This document shows, in pieces, positions 25,635 to 37,669 of a stretch of 64,000 nt of DNA (the stretch's first letter is position 1; each line of letters begins with the position of its first letter). Where the stretch lies: assembly GCF_018350175.1 (NCBI RefSeq), contig NC_058382.1, positions 52,702,001 through 52,766,000 of the forward strand, given 5' to 3'. Origin of the DNA: Felis catus (taxonomy: Eukaryota). A program made the translations under genes and the position numbers. The notes beneath the pieces were generated by a model. It searched no databases. It was given only the letters and a program-made list of their open reading frames with translations, and was not told where the DNA came from.

Positions 25635-26719
25635 GGGGAGGGGGATCGCCGTAGATGGGTCTCCAGGGCCTCTCTGAGGAGGTCCCATTTAACCAGGGCT
25701 GGGGCTGAAATGGAGCCAGTCCAAGGGAGACCAGAGAAAACCGGCCCCTGAAGGAAGGGAGGGCAGCAGCTGGCAAGACCCATGGCCGGGCAGGGGGTGC
25801 CGTGTTTAGTGACTGCAGGAGACTGTGAACCTGACCCTGTGAGTAGATGAGAAGCGAGAGGGGGCTGGGAGCCGCGGTTCATGCACAGCTTTGCAGGCCT
25901 TGGGAAGGGATGTGGAGCTCTTTTCCAGCGTTTGGTCATTTGGACCAAGCCCTGGCGTGCTAACCCTGTGGATCCCTGTGGTCCAAACTGCGGGGCAACC
26001 AGGCTTTTCATCATCCCCGGTTCCCCAGAGCTCAAATTACTATGAAGGCCCAGTGTGGCAGTTGTGCTGTTTCAAAGACAGCACGCACCCTTTTGAATCC
26101 CTTTGTCCCTCATGGTTGCTCTGCATGGCCCCCAGTGAGAGATGGGCACATCGTAGGAGCGGAGATGCCCAGGGGGGGAAACATGGAAAATCTAGCTACC
26201 CTTTGGTAAGAGTGGCCTTCGAGCCTCGTGTGTTCTCTGTTCAGCTGTTAAGATTGTTATTAAACTTTATGGACCATAAACCCCACGGCAACAGGGAGAG
26301 TGAACATCCATGCTATTACAAGAGTGTCAAAACAGGAGCCATATTTCATGGCCTGAAAGGTACGCACGGTTGGCCTCTTGCGAGCCCAGAGTGCCTTCTG
26401 GCTGGGTTTAACCCTCAGCCTGTCTTCTGCCTCTGAGCGAAACAGTTTGGTACAGAGGCTTTCCAGAAACGATATTCCTCTTCGATGCAGTTCCCTTGCC
26501 ACGATGGAGGCAGAGGGTCCAGTTCCTGGGGTTGTGGAAGACGTTCTCCTCCTCTCCTTCTTGGGGATGACGTTCCTCCACTGTTTTAGAGCCAGGTGTA
26601 GAGAGGCCCCTTTCTTTGGCCAGGAAAGCATGTCACAAGTGTCAGTTTTAAAAGCCAGGATGCGGTGCCCCGCTATTTCCGTGAACAGTATTGACCGTGG
26701 AGTCAGTCACGTGATGAGA

Positions 26720-26890
26720 TGGACCCTCCGTCTTTGGGGTCCCTGAGTGACTGAGATGGCCCGAGCCCCCCGCCCGCCTGTTCCGGGTTGGCAGTCTGAG
26801 TAAGAACTGAGCTTTTCTGCTGCGTTCAGCCCCTGAGCTATGGAAACTGTTCCTTACCGCAACAGAACCTCATCCAACCCGACTGGAACA
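26720..26890 (+). mobile_element. MaLR LTR (old MLT1-type) 3' portion
   Basis: Ends ...CAGCCCCTGAG...TGTTCCTTACCGCAACAGAACC...CCCGACTGGAACA, resembling old MLT1 termini. Confidence 0.45.
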
Positions 26891-27272
26891 GGGCTTCAGG
26901 TTGGTACCGTGTAGTGAGGCCTTTCGGTTTCAGAGCAAAAAGTGATGATTTTCCTTCAAGGAGAGCGCTTTACCCATGACGGCTACCTTTTCTTTTTCTT
27001 GATCGTCTGGGTTCAGCCACCCCTGCCTTTTGTGAGGGTGGGAAAAGTGCCGGGAAAGACAATGGTTAAGAGACAGAGGTAGGAGAGATAGGCAGTGCAA
27101 TGAGACGGGACTCTGGGAAACGCCTCCCCCCAACTGCGGTGTCGTGAGAAGTCGTGCAGCCTGCGTTGTTCTTCACTCATTGTGTGCAGGAGTCCCCGGG
27201 ATGATGCTGGTTATACATGCAGACGGTCAGCCCCTACCTCCAGGGATTCCGAGCCAGTAAACAGAAGGGGGA

Positions 27273-27399
27273 GGGGCGCCTGGGCGGCTCAGCGGGTTAA
27301 GTGTCTGACTCTGGATTTCGGCTCAGGTCACGAGCTCATGGTTCATGAGATCGATCCCGGAGTTGGGCTCTGCACCGGCATTGCAGAGCCTGCTTGGGA

Positions 27400-27433
<34 letters not shown>

Positions 27434-27514
27434 GTCTCTCTCTCTCTCTGGCCCTCTCCCGCCTCATGCACGCGCACTCTCTCTCAAAATAAATAAGATA
27501 AACGTTAAAAAAAA
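27273..27514 (+). mobile_element. Can-SINE
   Basis: GGGGCGCCTGGGCGGCTCAG head, (CT)n, A tail. Confidence 0.93.
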
Positions 27515-27669
27515 GGTGCGGTGGGGGGGGGGGAGACCTAGAAGCCCAAATTAGGTTCAGGCTCCCCAGATTGGGCTGTGGACCTTTCCCTATAAAATCC
27601 TGGGCAGAGTAGTCAAGTCTGCTGGCTTCTCGAGCCAAAACCATGTGGATGTTGAATCCATTTATGGCC

Positions 27670-27750
27670 TTTATCAGTTGTGTTGCCGTGGACCAGGTTT
27701 TCAGTGGCTCTGAGCTCTGTTTCCTCGTCTGTGACGTGCAGATGTGCAAG
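27670..27750 (+). mobile_element. MIR core fragment
   Basis: CTCTGAGCTCTGTTTCCTCGTCTGTGA. Confidence 0.5.
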
Positions 27751-27879
27751 TATGGGTTGCTGGAACACAGCCCACGGTCAGCATTAGCTCTTCCTTCTCT
27801 AAGCCGAGCAGAGCCCCCGAAATCGTTTTTAATCTTTTTGCCATCAGTCACAGTGGTGATAACGGGGATACTCCCTGAA

Positions 27880-28040
27880 GACTCCCCGTGTGCCAGGCAC
27901 CGTGGTCTGCGTCTTACATGCACGTCTTTCCTGAATTCGTGCAATAATGCTCTGAGGAGGTGGCCACTGCCATTATCTGCATTTTGCAGGTGGAAAACCT
28001 GCGGCTCAGAGATCTTGTCCGGGGTCACCCAGTTTGCTAA
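27880..28040 (-). mobile_element. MIR
   Basis: GTGTGCCAGGCACCGTG...CATTTTGCAGGTGGAAAACCTGCGGCTCAGAGA...GGTCACCCAG. Confidence 0.7.
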
Positions 28041-29419
28041 CTGGGGGGGGGGGGATAAATCGAGGGCTTTTCTCCTGCACCTTTTCCTGAAACCACTGCC
28101 TAAAACCCCCTCAGCTGTGTTGCTGGTGATCGGGACACCGTGGTTTCTCTCCCCTCGCTTGGTGCCTTGTTGGAGAAGCCATCAGCGGGAGCCCATCCCC
28201 AGCACTTTAATTTAGCATGACAGTCCAGGGAAAAACACCTTGTGGAATTTCACTTCTCGTCATTTTATGCCCCCTTTAATTTTCATTTAAGCTCCCCTCT
28301 GTAAGAGGCAGTCCCTTCAGCTCTCATAAAAGTTTATGGTCTTTACTTGTGACGAGGAAATGGTAAAATTGATTCCCTAAAACCAACTTCTAGTCCAGTC
28401 ATGTAATTGGCCAATAAGGGAGGCTGAGAGAGGAGGACGTACCAGGCTCTCCCTTAAGAGGTCAGACCTATTATCATTGGTTAGAGGCTGTATCTTTAAA
28501 ACACCATCAACTTGGAAAACACTATCCATTAGCAAGAGATCAGAGCGATGAGAAACCTCAAAAGGTCGACCGGTCCATTCTGAGGGCCCCACAAAGAACT
28601 CGGCGTCCCAGAAGGACGATTAGCCTTCGAGCTCTGGAACTGTCTGAATGCACAACAGATCTGAGTGTTGTTTTTTTTTTTCCTTTAGCGAATTAACCCG
28701 TTGGATTTCAGCCCTAGCTTCTGCTTCCCACACCCAGCATCCCACGTTACCTCCTGCCAGAATGGATTTTTGCTTTTGATCATGTAATTGCAGTAGCCAA
28801 GGAAGCCTGAGGAGGTCTGAGACCTTGGACTTGGAGGGAGAACACTCGCAATTACTCTCCTGCGGGCAGAAGCCCTGAGCACACGGGCAAGCCGTTCCCC
28901 TGATTCCTGGCACGCGGCTAGACTGCGCTTCCCAGGCTGTCTGGTCTTAGTTGCGGCCACACGGCTGGGTTCTGGCCGGCGACATGTCGGGAGAGGTGAT
29001 GTGGGCCCTTCCAGGTCTGCCCCGTGAACACCAGCCACGCACAGAGCTCCTTGCTGTCTGTCCTGCGTGTTTGAAAGCCACATGGAAAAGGTGGTAGGGC
29101 CGCGAGGTGACGAGAGGCCCCTGAGTGACCGCACGGAGCAAAGCCACCCCCCAGTCAGGAATATTGCATTTTGGACTTGATGTGAGTAAGATACCTTTTG
29201 TCACCTCACAGTGGCCCGCGTGACCCTGACTCGCGCACGCGCTCATACCGCTGTTTTTGGCAAAGACTTGGGGCCCAATCACAATCACAAATCAAATTGT
29301 GGCCAATCAGGGTCACTGATGGCTGCTCAGTGGGAGGAGCGTGAGAGATTGAAACTTGCCAGCCCCAGCTGCAAACGCACTATGAGCCCATCGTTGTGCT
29401 ATGGCTACATTGTGTCCCC

Positions 29420-29720
29420 AGGGGGGCCCTCCCTAGCCACCCTGTCCAAGGGAACCAGCCGTGTTTTCTCTTGCGTTTCTTTCCCCGCCCTGCATTTATC
29501 ACTCTTTGGTATCACCCGTTCATCCATCTATCCATCCATTTCATTTACTGCTTATGTACTGTTTTGATTTTCTTCCCCTGGACTGTGAGCCACAGGAAAG
29601 CAGAGACCACGTTTGTCTCATCTGCTCTAATGTCTTAAGCACTTAGTGTCTGATATGTAGGAGAAGGTTTACAAATACTCACTAATGAATGAACAAACGA
29701 GTGAATGAATGAATGAATGA
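29420..29720 (+). mobile_element. L2 3' end
   Basis: GGACTGTGAGCCACAGGAAAGCAGAGACC... ending in (GAAT)n. Confidence 0.75.
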
Positions 29721-29809
29721 TGGAGTTGCAGCTTGCACCCTTTACTTTTGAGACAGTTTCAGTTTCGTGCAATTTTTTTTTTCTTTACTTGAGTAACTGA
29801 ATGAAATGG

Positions 29810-30400
29810 TTGCTTTATTTAATCAGAATGTATAGGGTACTGACTCAGAGCCAGAAACAGTGGTTAAATGTGCTAGGCATTATGAATATACATGGCCCTG
29901 CCTTTGAGCAGCTTTTAGTCTGGCTACAGTGGAGAGACATAGAAGCGGGCGATTCCTGGGTTTTGTGGTGGGTGCTAAGATAATGGCCGATAACAGGAAT
30001 GTGGAGGATGAGTCCTTCGCCTGGTCTAGAAGTTCAGAGCAGGGGAAGCTGGATGGCTCCTCGCTGGTCTTGAAGCACCTTCATGAAGCAGACAGGGCAG
30101 GGCGGTAGAACTTGTATTCTGGGCAGAATGCACGACAGTTGAAACGGCTTCACGTATACGAGGACCTACCAACAATTTATTTTTATTGGAGCACCAGTTA
30201 CAGCTCAGGAGTGATAGGCAATGAGGCCAGAGAGATAAATGGGACGTTGGCCCCTTGACGTCTTCGTACCTCGAGGTGGGCAGGGTGGGCTTAAATTGCT
30301 CTTCTGATGGACTGGCGGAAGGCAAGAAAGAAACACCAGTGTCCGTGGTGTCGGGACAGGAAGGTGAGACGTTTCACCCGTGATGGCCTCAAACGTATCC
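29810..30400 (-). mobile_element. L2 fragment
   Basis: CATGGCCCTGCCTTTGAGCAGCTTTTAGTCTGG and downstream purine-rich antisense L2-like text. Confidence 0.5.
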
Positions 30401-30539
30401 GGGAAGTAGGAAGCCAAATATCATCTGGGAACAGGAAGGAGTATGTTTGGGGGGGGGGGGGCAGGTCCTGTTTGCGACAGGACTTGCAGGTTGAGCAAGC
30501 CGTTGTCAGGTCCTGCCGCGTCCCACCTTTGTTAGGCGG

Positions 30540-30838
30540 TGTCCTAGCCCACGTGGGCTCTCTAAAAAAACACGATAGACAGGGTGGCTCGCGAAGAACA
30601 GAAATGATCTCTCACAGTTCGGAGGCGGAAGTCCTAGATCAGGATGCCAGTCTGGTCGGCTGCGGGCCCTCTTCCAAGGGTCCCAGACTTCTTGCTGTAG
30701 CCTCGGAACAGGGGGCTAGGTAGCTCTGTGAGATCTTTTTCATGAGGGCGCTGATCCCCTTCCCGAGGGCTCCGCCCTTGGGGCGTTAGCATTTCAACAT
30801 ACGTATCTTCTGGGGACCCAGACATTTGAACCAAAGCA
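30540..30838 (-). mobile_element. MLT1A-type MaLR solo LTR
   Basis: TGTCCTAGCCC...CAGAAATGATCTCTCACAGTTCGGAGGC...ATTTCAACATACG...CATTTGAACCAAAGCA; TG...CA ends; 5-bp TSD GGCGG/GGTGG. Confidence 0.88.
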
Positions 30839-33414
30839 GGTGGCATAAGGCAGTGTCACCAGTATTTTCATAAGCCTTAACCAGGTCTGCCTGTGATACA
30901 GAAAAAAAAACGGAGGGAGACCGAAACGTGTGTTCTTGCTGTTCTCATCTAAAGAGCGTTCAGAGGCTGTCCAGGGCTGTATGATGGGCTCGTGTTTATC
31001 CAGGACGCCCTCTTTGCTCCTCCACGCTTCGCTCTCCCTTACAGTCCAGAAGGACTGAGCACCAGCCATCCCAAGCGACAGGAAGGAGGAAGGGGGCAGA
31101 AGGCTGTGTCCTCTCCCCTTCAAGGAGATATCCCTCGAGGCCCCCGCACTGCTTCTCTCAACAACTCCGTTGCAGCAAGGGAGGCTGAAAACTGGCGTCT
31201 CACAGCCACAACCGGTTCTGGCTTTGTTGACTCCCGGTAGCCCGAGTGGGGGGCAAAGAAGGCATGCCGCTGATCTGTGGGAGTTCTGCAGCCTGCAGGG
31301 CAGAATTGAGAGGTGCTGGTGGGCATCCAGCGTGTTGACAAATTCTGCTAACCAGACCAAGGGGCCGTGTGCCAGAGGCCGACGATGGAGCAGCAAAAGC
31401 ATGAGCGGCTGGAATTTAGGATTTTCGGTACAGAGAGGATCTGAGTGCTGCCAGGTTCTGGCCTGCCGCCCTGAGAGGGGTGGCCGGGAAACAAGGACGG
31501 GGATCTGCAGAGCTGAAGTCAGGGAGGCTGAGGGCTGAGATGTCGGGTGGGTCAACCAGATAATGAAATGACATGGCAGACAGAAGACTGAAATTTGAGG
31601 AAACTTTTCAGCTACATGAATTCACACATGAGCAACCAAAGGCGGCAGGTGCAGGCTTGCTGATATTTGCTGCAACAATGTGTCCAATGGCGATCAAGTG
31701 GCGGCTTGAACTCGTGTTACGCTAAAATATTGCCGTCCGTTGTTTTCTGTATTCCCTTCCTTACCATTTGGCTTGTAGAGATTGTGAGGGTTCCCTTTGC
31801 AGGACCATTCTGGCCACTGAGCAAAGCCACTGGTCTCTATCTTGGCTGGTTGAATTCCTTAAGAGCTAAGTGTTGCGTACCTTCAATTTGAAAACCCCTT
31901 TGCAGGAGCTTGGGAGATTTTTTTTTTTCCATCTCAAGAGCTTAACCGTTGCTCTGTAGGGCATTCATCAGTGTAAATGAACTTAATATGGCTTGATTGC
32001 TAGTGATGACTCTGTCTCTCCAAAGATGCTCCCAGATAGAGAAGTCCTACTCGCAGGTCCTGGGCAAACTCCGCCGTGCAGATTAATGCACCAGACGTCA
32101 CCACGATACTGAGCATTTCAGATTAAAAAAACAAAGCAAAACAAAATTACACTGTGATGTGGCTGGTTCCTGTTAGCGAAATTACAGATGATGTGTCATG
32201 AATTGACTTGGCCACCGTTTAGGGAAGATGCTCGTCTGTGTTTTCCCTTGACCAGAACAGTTGTCAAAACAATTTCTCCATGAGCGCACATCTCCTCGTC
32301 TGCCTTGATCGAACATTTGCTCACTGGAATAATTTCAAAAGGGAACTTGTTACCGTTCACGAGTGTATATAACTCTCAACTCTCCCGCTCCCGATTTTTA
32401 ATCTCTGTCACCCCAGCTTTATAACAAGATGAACACTCCAGGAAGAAAAATGGAAGAGGTCTGAATTTTAATTTGCTATTTCTTCACACACACAAAACAC
32501 CGTAGGCTCAATCAATGCCCAGAAATGAAGGCCAATAGATAATGATAGCAGGGCCTTGTGTTTCCCACCTATTGTTCCAAGACTCTAATGAGGAAAAGGG
32601 AATTTGGGAACACTGTCTCCTCCCAGTGTGCAGACACGATGTTATCATTGTGTTTACAGGGAGGTCAGATTCCCAGCACAGCGTGCTCCCGCACGGATAA
32701 CCGTCCCATCTTGATAAAACAATGCCCTTCACTGAATCCTAAACATGCTGCACGAGGAAGACCTTATGCTGACGGCAGGGAGGAAGCGACACGCTAACAA
32801 ACAAGTTTTCAGGCCAGGAAGTTTTAATCAGTTCTTTCTACTACAGGAAGTATGATGGATGGAGGCCCTGCTTCAGAGGGGTTTCCTCTAGATAAGACAA
32901 TAATACCATGCTCTCAAGAACCTCGTTCGACAGCAGAAAGCTGTGATTAATTCCCCAAAAGTCAAACATGGGAAGACTGGCAAGATGAGATTATTTGCCG
33001 AGTATAATTAGCCAGGATTATCACTGAAAAGAATTTGGGGGAAGGGGTGTGGGATTCTACTCTCAAAGGAAAAAACTTTGTAAAGAAGAATTGTGAATAG
33101 GGTAACCTTACAACTCACTGTTGAATCAATCTTGGATTTTTGTTTAAAGTGAAAGTGGACAGTAATAATAATTAGTCCAGGACAAGAGGCATAAATTAGG
33201 ATCGTCCCAGACCAGTAGGGATGAATGATCACCCTGTGTATAAATAAGAAGGCAACAATATTCGCAGATTTGAAAAGAATCATCGTGGTCATAGTCTGGG
33301 ATAGACTCTAAGATAAATCTCTGATGGAATCTGGGCAAGTTTGTCCAAATTGTAACAACTCAGAGTCAAGAATAGTCTTCCCTTTTCCACTGGATGGAGT
33401 TGCCAGTGCTGGAG

Positions 33415-33585
33415 ACTTTCTACTGCAAGTGAAAGAAAGCTTTGCCCAAACAGGCTTAACTAAATGGAAAATATAGATTGTGACAAGGAGATCAGGTAAA
33501 GCTTGATCCAGGAGCTAAATGATCAGCACCTAATTTCCATCTTTTCATCCCTTCATTTTTTTTTTTTTCTTCAGCATTGGCACTA
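33415..33585 (-). mobile_element. Old MLT1 (J/K-like) LTR fragment
   Basis: TGCAAGTGAAAGAAA...AAACAGGCTTAA...GCTTGATCCAGGAGCT. Confidence 0.45.
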
Positions 33586-33664
33586 GTCCCACTAACTGTG
33601 AGATCATGACTGGAGCCAAAATCAAGAGTCAGACGCTCAATACACTGAGCCAACCAAGTGTCCC
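33586..33664 (-). mobile_element. Can-SINE head-only fragment
   Basis: GAGATCATGACTGGAGCCAAAATCAAGAGTCAGACGCTCAA...CTGAGCCAACCAAGTGTCCC with no body or tail. Confidence 0.8.
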
Positions 33665-34419
33665 GTACTATTTTTTTTTTTTTTAATTTAGAAAACCTGT
33701 ATTATGGAATGAAAATGATAGTCCTAAAATGTATCAATCAGTATGTGTTGATCCATTAATACTGATAACCTAAGTGGGAACTTACCTACATTTCCTATAT
33801 TCTTTTCACAGGAGCTCTTTCTCAGTCTGTACCTGCAAAACCTCTCTCTTTTCTGGTCTCTTTGATGTAGACTTCCCCCTGCCCCATCATCATTTTCTGG
33901 CAGGGGTGCAATAAGGCTTGATTATTCTTGGTTTCAGGACTCATATTCCTACCTGTGTTATGTATATATTCAGAGGTCTCTGCAAAGGGTAGGCTGGCTG
34001 TTAGGAAGGGTTGTCCTTTCCTTCCAAGATGGGCTGCGATATTCTTGCTACTGTTTGGGGGTATTTCTGACAGTGTTAGTATTATTTGCTTTATTAACGA
34101 TGACAATAAGAGCTAATGTTGACTGTGGCCTGTGAGATCAACCCCACCTTGAAAGGACTACATAGGTTACCTTGCCCTGTCCTCAGGCCCCTGTGAATTT
34201 TCCTCCCACTCTTCCTGTTGTACAGATTAAGAAACTCATGCTTAGAAGAGCCACGTTATCTGTCTAAGCACTAAGTCACAGAACCTGAATTGGCTTCGCT
34301 TTTCAATTGCCTGGCCCTACATGACCAGTGAGCGCTTTTTGTTGTCTTTCCTGAGCCATGTGATGCAAGAATACAGAGGGATAGTTTGTTCTGATACAAG
34401 CATTAAGAAGAATAGCTGA

Positions 34420-34644
34420 GGGGCGCCTGGGTGGCGCAGTCGGTTGAGTGTCCGACTTCAGCCTGGTCACAATCTCGCGGTCCGTGAGTTCGAGCCCCGC
34501 GTCGGGCTCTGGGCTGATGGCTCAGAGCCTGGAGCCTGTTTCCGATTCTGTGTCTCCCTCTCTCTCTGCCCCTCGCTCGTTCATGCTCTGTCTCTCTCTG
34601 TCCCAAAAATAAATAAACGTTGAAAAAAAATTAAATAAAAAAAA
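34420..34644 (+). mobile_element. Young SINEC_Fc-type SINE
   Basis: CpG-rich, near consensus; TSD AAGAATAGCTG at 34408-34418 and 34645-34655. Confidence 0.97.
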
Positions 34645-34671
34645 AAGAATAGCTGCTTTAAAAAAAAATAA

Positions 34672-34674
34672 TAT

Positions 34675-34713
<39 letters not shown>

Positions 34714-34888
34714 GAGACAGACAGACAGACAGAGCACCAGCAGGGGAGGGGCAGCGAGAGAGGGAGACACAGAATCGGAAGCAGGCTCCAGGCTCTGGGC
34801 CATCCGCCCAACTCACGGACTCACGGACCGCGACATCGTGACCTGGCTGAAGTCGGACGCTTAGCCGACTGCGCCACCCAGGCGCCCC
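34672..34888 (-). mobile_element. Young SINEC_Fc-type SINE with (TTTA)n tail and internal deletion
   Basis: Antisense head ...GCGCCACCCAGGCGCCCC; lacks about 20 bp around the B box; ACTCACGG duplicated; no TSD found. Confidence 0.93.
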
Positions 34889-35063
34889 ATGATGGCAATT
34901 TCTATGCAGGTTCTTTAAGTCCAGTCATGGCAGCAGCAACCAACAGGCTGTTTAATCTATCATTTCCACCTCCAATTAATAGGATACCTGAGATCCTTCA
35001 CTAAGTAGGTGGGAGAGAAGTATTAACAGTGGTATGAATAGCAACAGAGATAAGAGCCATGAT

Positions 35064-35277
35064 TTTATTTTATTTTATATTACTTATTTTTTTTTTTTTT
35101 TTGAGAGAGAGGGAGAGAGTGCCTGCACGCATGAGTCGGGGAAAGGCAGAGGGAGAGACAGAATCTCAAGCCGACTCCAGGAGCTGGACATGGGGCTCAA
35201 TCTCAGGACCTCAAGATCATGACCTGTGCCAAAATCAAGAGTCAGATGCCTAACCGACTCAGCCATCCAGGTGCCCC
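35064..35277 (-). mobile_element. Can-SINE (older)
   Basis: TSD AAGAGCCA(TG/CA)AT at 35052-35063 and 35278-35289. Confidence 0.9.
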
Positions 35278-35297
35278 AAGAGCCACAATGACCAGCA

Positions 35298-35530
35298 TAC
35301 ATTGAGCAATTACCATACAGCTAGGCTCTGTGCTATTCCCCTAAATGCGTGAGATTGTCTAATTCCTTCACCATTTGAATGTGGCAGGGGCTCCCTTGTT
35401 AGCCCACTTTAAAGATGAGTAAACAAAGGCTCAGAGAAGTTAGATAAACCCTCCAGGAGCAGGCAGAGAGTAAACGGTAGTTTTGAGGATTTACTTCCAG
35501 CCTATTGGCTCCAGATGTTGTCCTAATATA
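35298..35530 (-). mobile_element. MIR
   Basis: ATTGAGCAATTACCAT...AGATGAGTAAACAAAGGCTCAGAGAAGTTAG. Confidence 0.7.
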
Positions 35531-35836
35531 ACTTGTTCCACAGTGTATCCTAAGGTCAGCACTAGGAGATCTTCAAGAACAATTACTATCTTTCTACTAT
35601 CTTCTGACGGCCATTGTTACTCTCAGGCAGCTTTATTTTCTTACATGGGGATCCTGGAGAGAGAGCACGTGCCCGTGTGTTTGTCATCCAGTCTGTACAG
35701 TTGATTCTGGGTATGTCTGTGCCCACTCTGGAGCTAAAAAATGATTTAAAAATACAGACCAACAAACACATAGGCTTACTTACTGTTTCCATCCTTCTCA
35801 CGCACGTTTTAGAAAGGAGGAGTTGAGGGGGTACCA

Positions 35837-36140
35837 TGTCAGTCAGGATAGACTAAGTATGCTCCAGTGACAAACAATCCCACAGTCCTCATGGCCTACA
35901 GAAACAAAAGAGCCCATGCGCACTACACATCCAGGCTGGTCATACAGCCTCTCTGTAGCACTTGTTTCATAGAGGCAAGAGGCAAGACGTGCTCCCAAAG
36001 ACTTTTCCTAGAGGAGACACCTGTCATGGCGGCCCTATTCCGTTGGCCAGAGGCAGCGACCTGATCACTCCCGGGCAGGGATGTGTTTGCTCTCCCTAGA
36101 GTGGAGAGTAAATAATCATGCGCAATAATATTACCTCCTG
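35837..36140 (-). mobile_element. Old MLT1 (K/L-like) LTR
   Basis: TGTCAGTCAGGATAGACTAAGTATGCTCCAGTGACAAACAATCCCA start. Confidence 0.6.
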
Positions 36141-37437
36141 TGGGTGCTAATGGGACGTTTCTTCTCTGTGTCTCTTTCCTACCTCGCTGCCCCAGATCCC
36201 AAGGTCATAACCACCAACTGTCCTTTGAACCTGTGGTTCTTACTTGTCCCCAAAGCATGGATGATGTGCTGTCTGCACATCCTCCCACCCCAGCCCTTAG
36301 AGTTACTGTTTCCAGGGCCCCTGCCCTTGTTAAATGTCAGCCCGGACTGAAAATTCTCCCATTTTTACTCATAATGCAGAGAACACTCAGGTCAGAGGCT
36401 TGACCCGACTTGATTCACATCTTCGAAACCCTCCTTTGTCTTTCAGAGAAAGTAACGTGAGACGGAGATAGAGAAAGTGTGACCTACTTTTTATTATCAG
36501 CCCCATTTCATCTGCAAAACACGACTTTTCTCTTCTGATTACGCTGAGCATGAAAATAAAATGTTTTCCGAAAGACCTGGCATTGGCTGTTGTGAGGAAG
36601 GCCAGGGACTTGTTCAAAACTCTGATCAACTCTCTGAGCAAATGATCCCAATTTTTTAAAACCGTAATTGAGTTCCAAACGGCTCTCCCTGCCCACGAAT
36701 AATATGTGGTACTTTTCTACACATATCAGCAGCGAGGTAGGACAAAACCAGCTCCCAAACTAGCTGTTTGCTTGATATTAAGCCTTGCCAGTCCAATATA
36801 GGTCACATTTCCAGCCAGATTTTGTGCTCATCTCTGCTTCACACCTTGTAGCAAGGGGGAAAAAAAAGAGCTTCTTGACATCTTTTTGAAGAATGGCGCT
36901 CTTTAAAAAAACATAAGGGAACTTTTTTTCAAACACTATAATGAGGGTATTCAAGTCTGCAGGCAAAACAGAGCTGTTTGAAAAGACATTAGCCTCGAAA
37001 CCGCACTGTGCCGGAATAGATACAGCTACGTCAAAACGCCGCATCTGTTTTGCCATTACTTTTCACTGACTAAAATCGTTTGCTAATGAAAGTTCTAGCT
37101 GACATAATTTCCGCACCTGCCAGGGGAGACAAGAGGAGTTCACTGGCCAGGAGAGATACAATAAAAGTGGGAGAGTAAATGTAATCCTGTAGCACAGAAG
37201 CTCCAAAATAGTAGTAACCGTAGCTCTTAACATCCTATCATTGACACGGAGAGTTTTCACAGTTATTACCTGAGTCGAGTCTCGTAATAACTTTGTCATT
37301 TAGTCTGAGCAGCCCACTCAAAGCCTCATTTTCCTGATGAGGAGACTGGAGCTCAGAGAGGGTATGTGGATGCCGGCTCTCTGTAAGTCGCGGTGGTAGA
37401 GAGATGCGGCGGCTTCCTGCCTAAATACCCGGGGCTT

Positions 37438-37654
37438 GGGGCCCCTGGGTGGCTCAGTCGGTTGAGCGTCCGACTTCGGCTCAGGTCATGATCTCGCGGT
37501 CCGTGAGTTCGAGCCCCGCGTCGGGCTCTGGGCTGATGGCTCGGAGCCTGGAGCCTGCTTCCGATTCTGTGTCTCCCTCTCTCTCTGCCCCTCCCCCATT
37601 CATGCTCTGTCTCTGTCTCAAAAATAAATAAAATGTTAAAAAAAAATAAAAAAA
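37438..37654 (+). mobile_element. Young felid Can-SINE
   Basis: TSD AAATACC(C/T)GGG(G/A)CT at 37423-37436 and 37655-37668. Confidence 0.95.
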
Positions 37655-37669
37655 AAATACCTGGGACTC

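Noticed and set aside
27336..28215. 230-aa and 190-aa overlapping ORFs
   Set aside because: Run through MIR and SINE sequence
30794..31555. 253-aa minus-strand ORF
   Set aside because: Non-ATG start, GC-rich chance ORF ending in an MLT1A LTR, no recognisable domain
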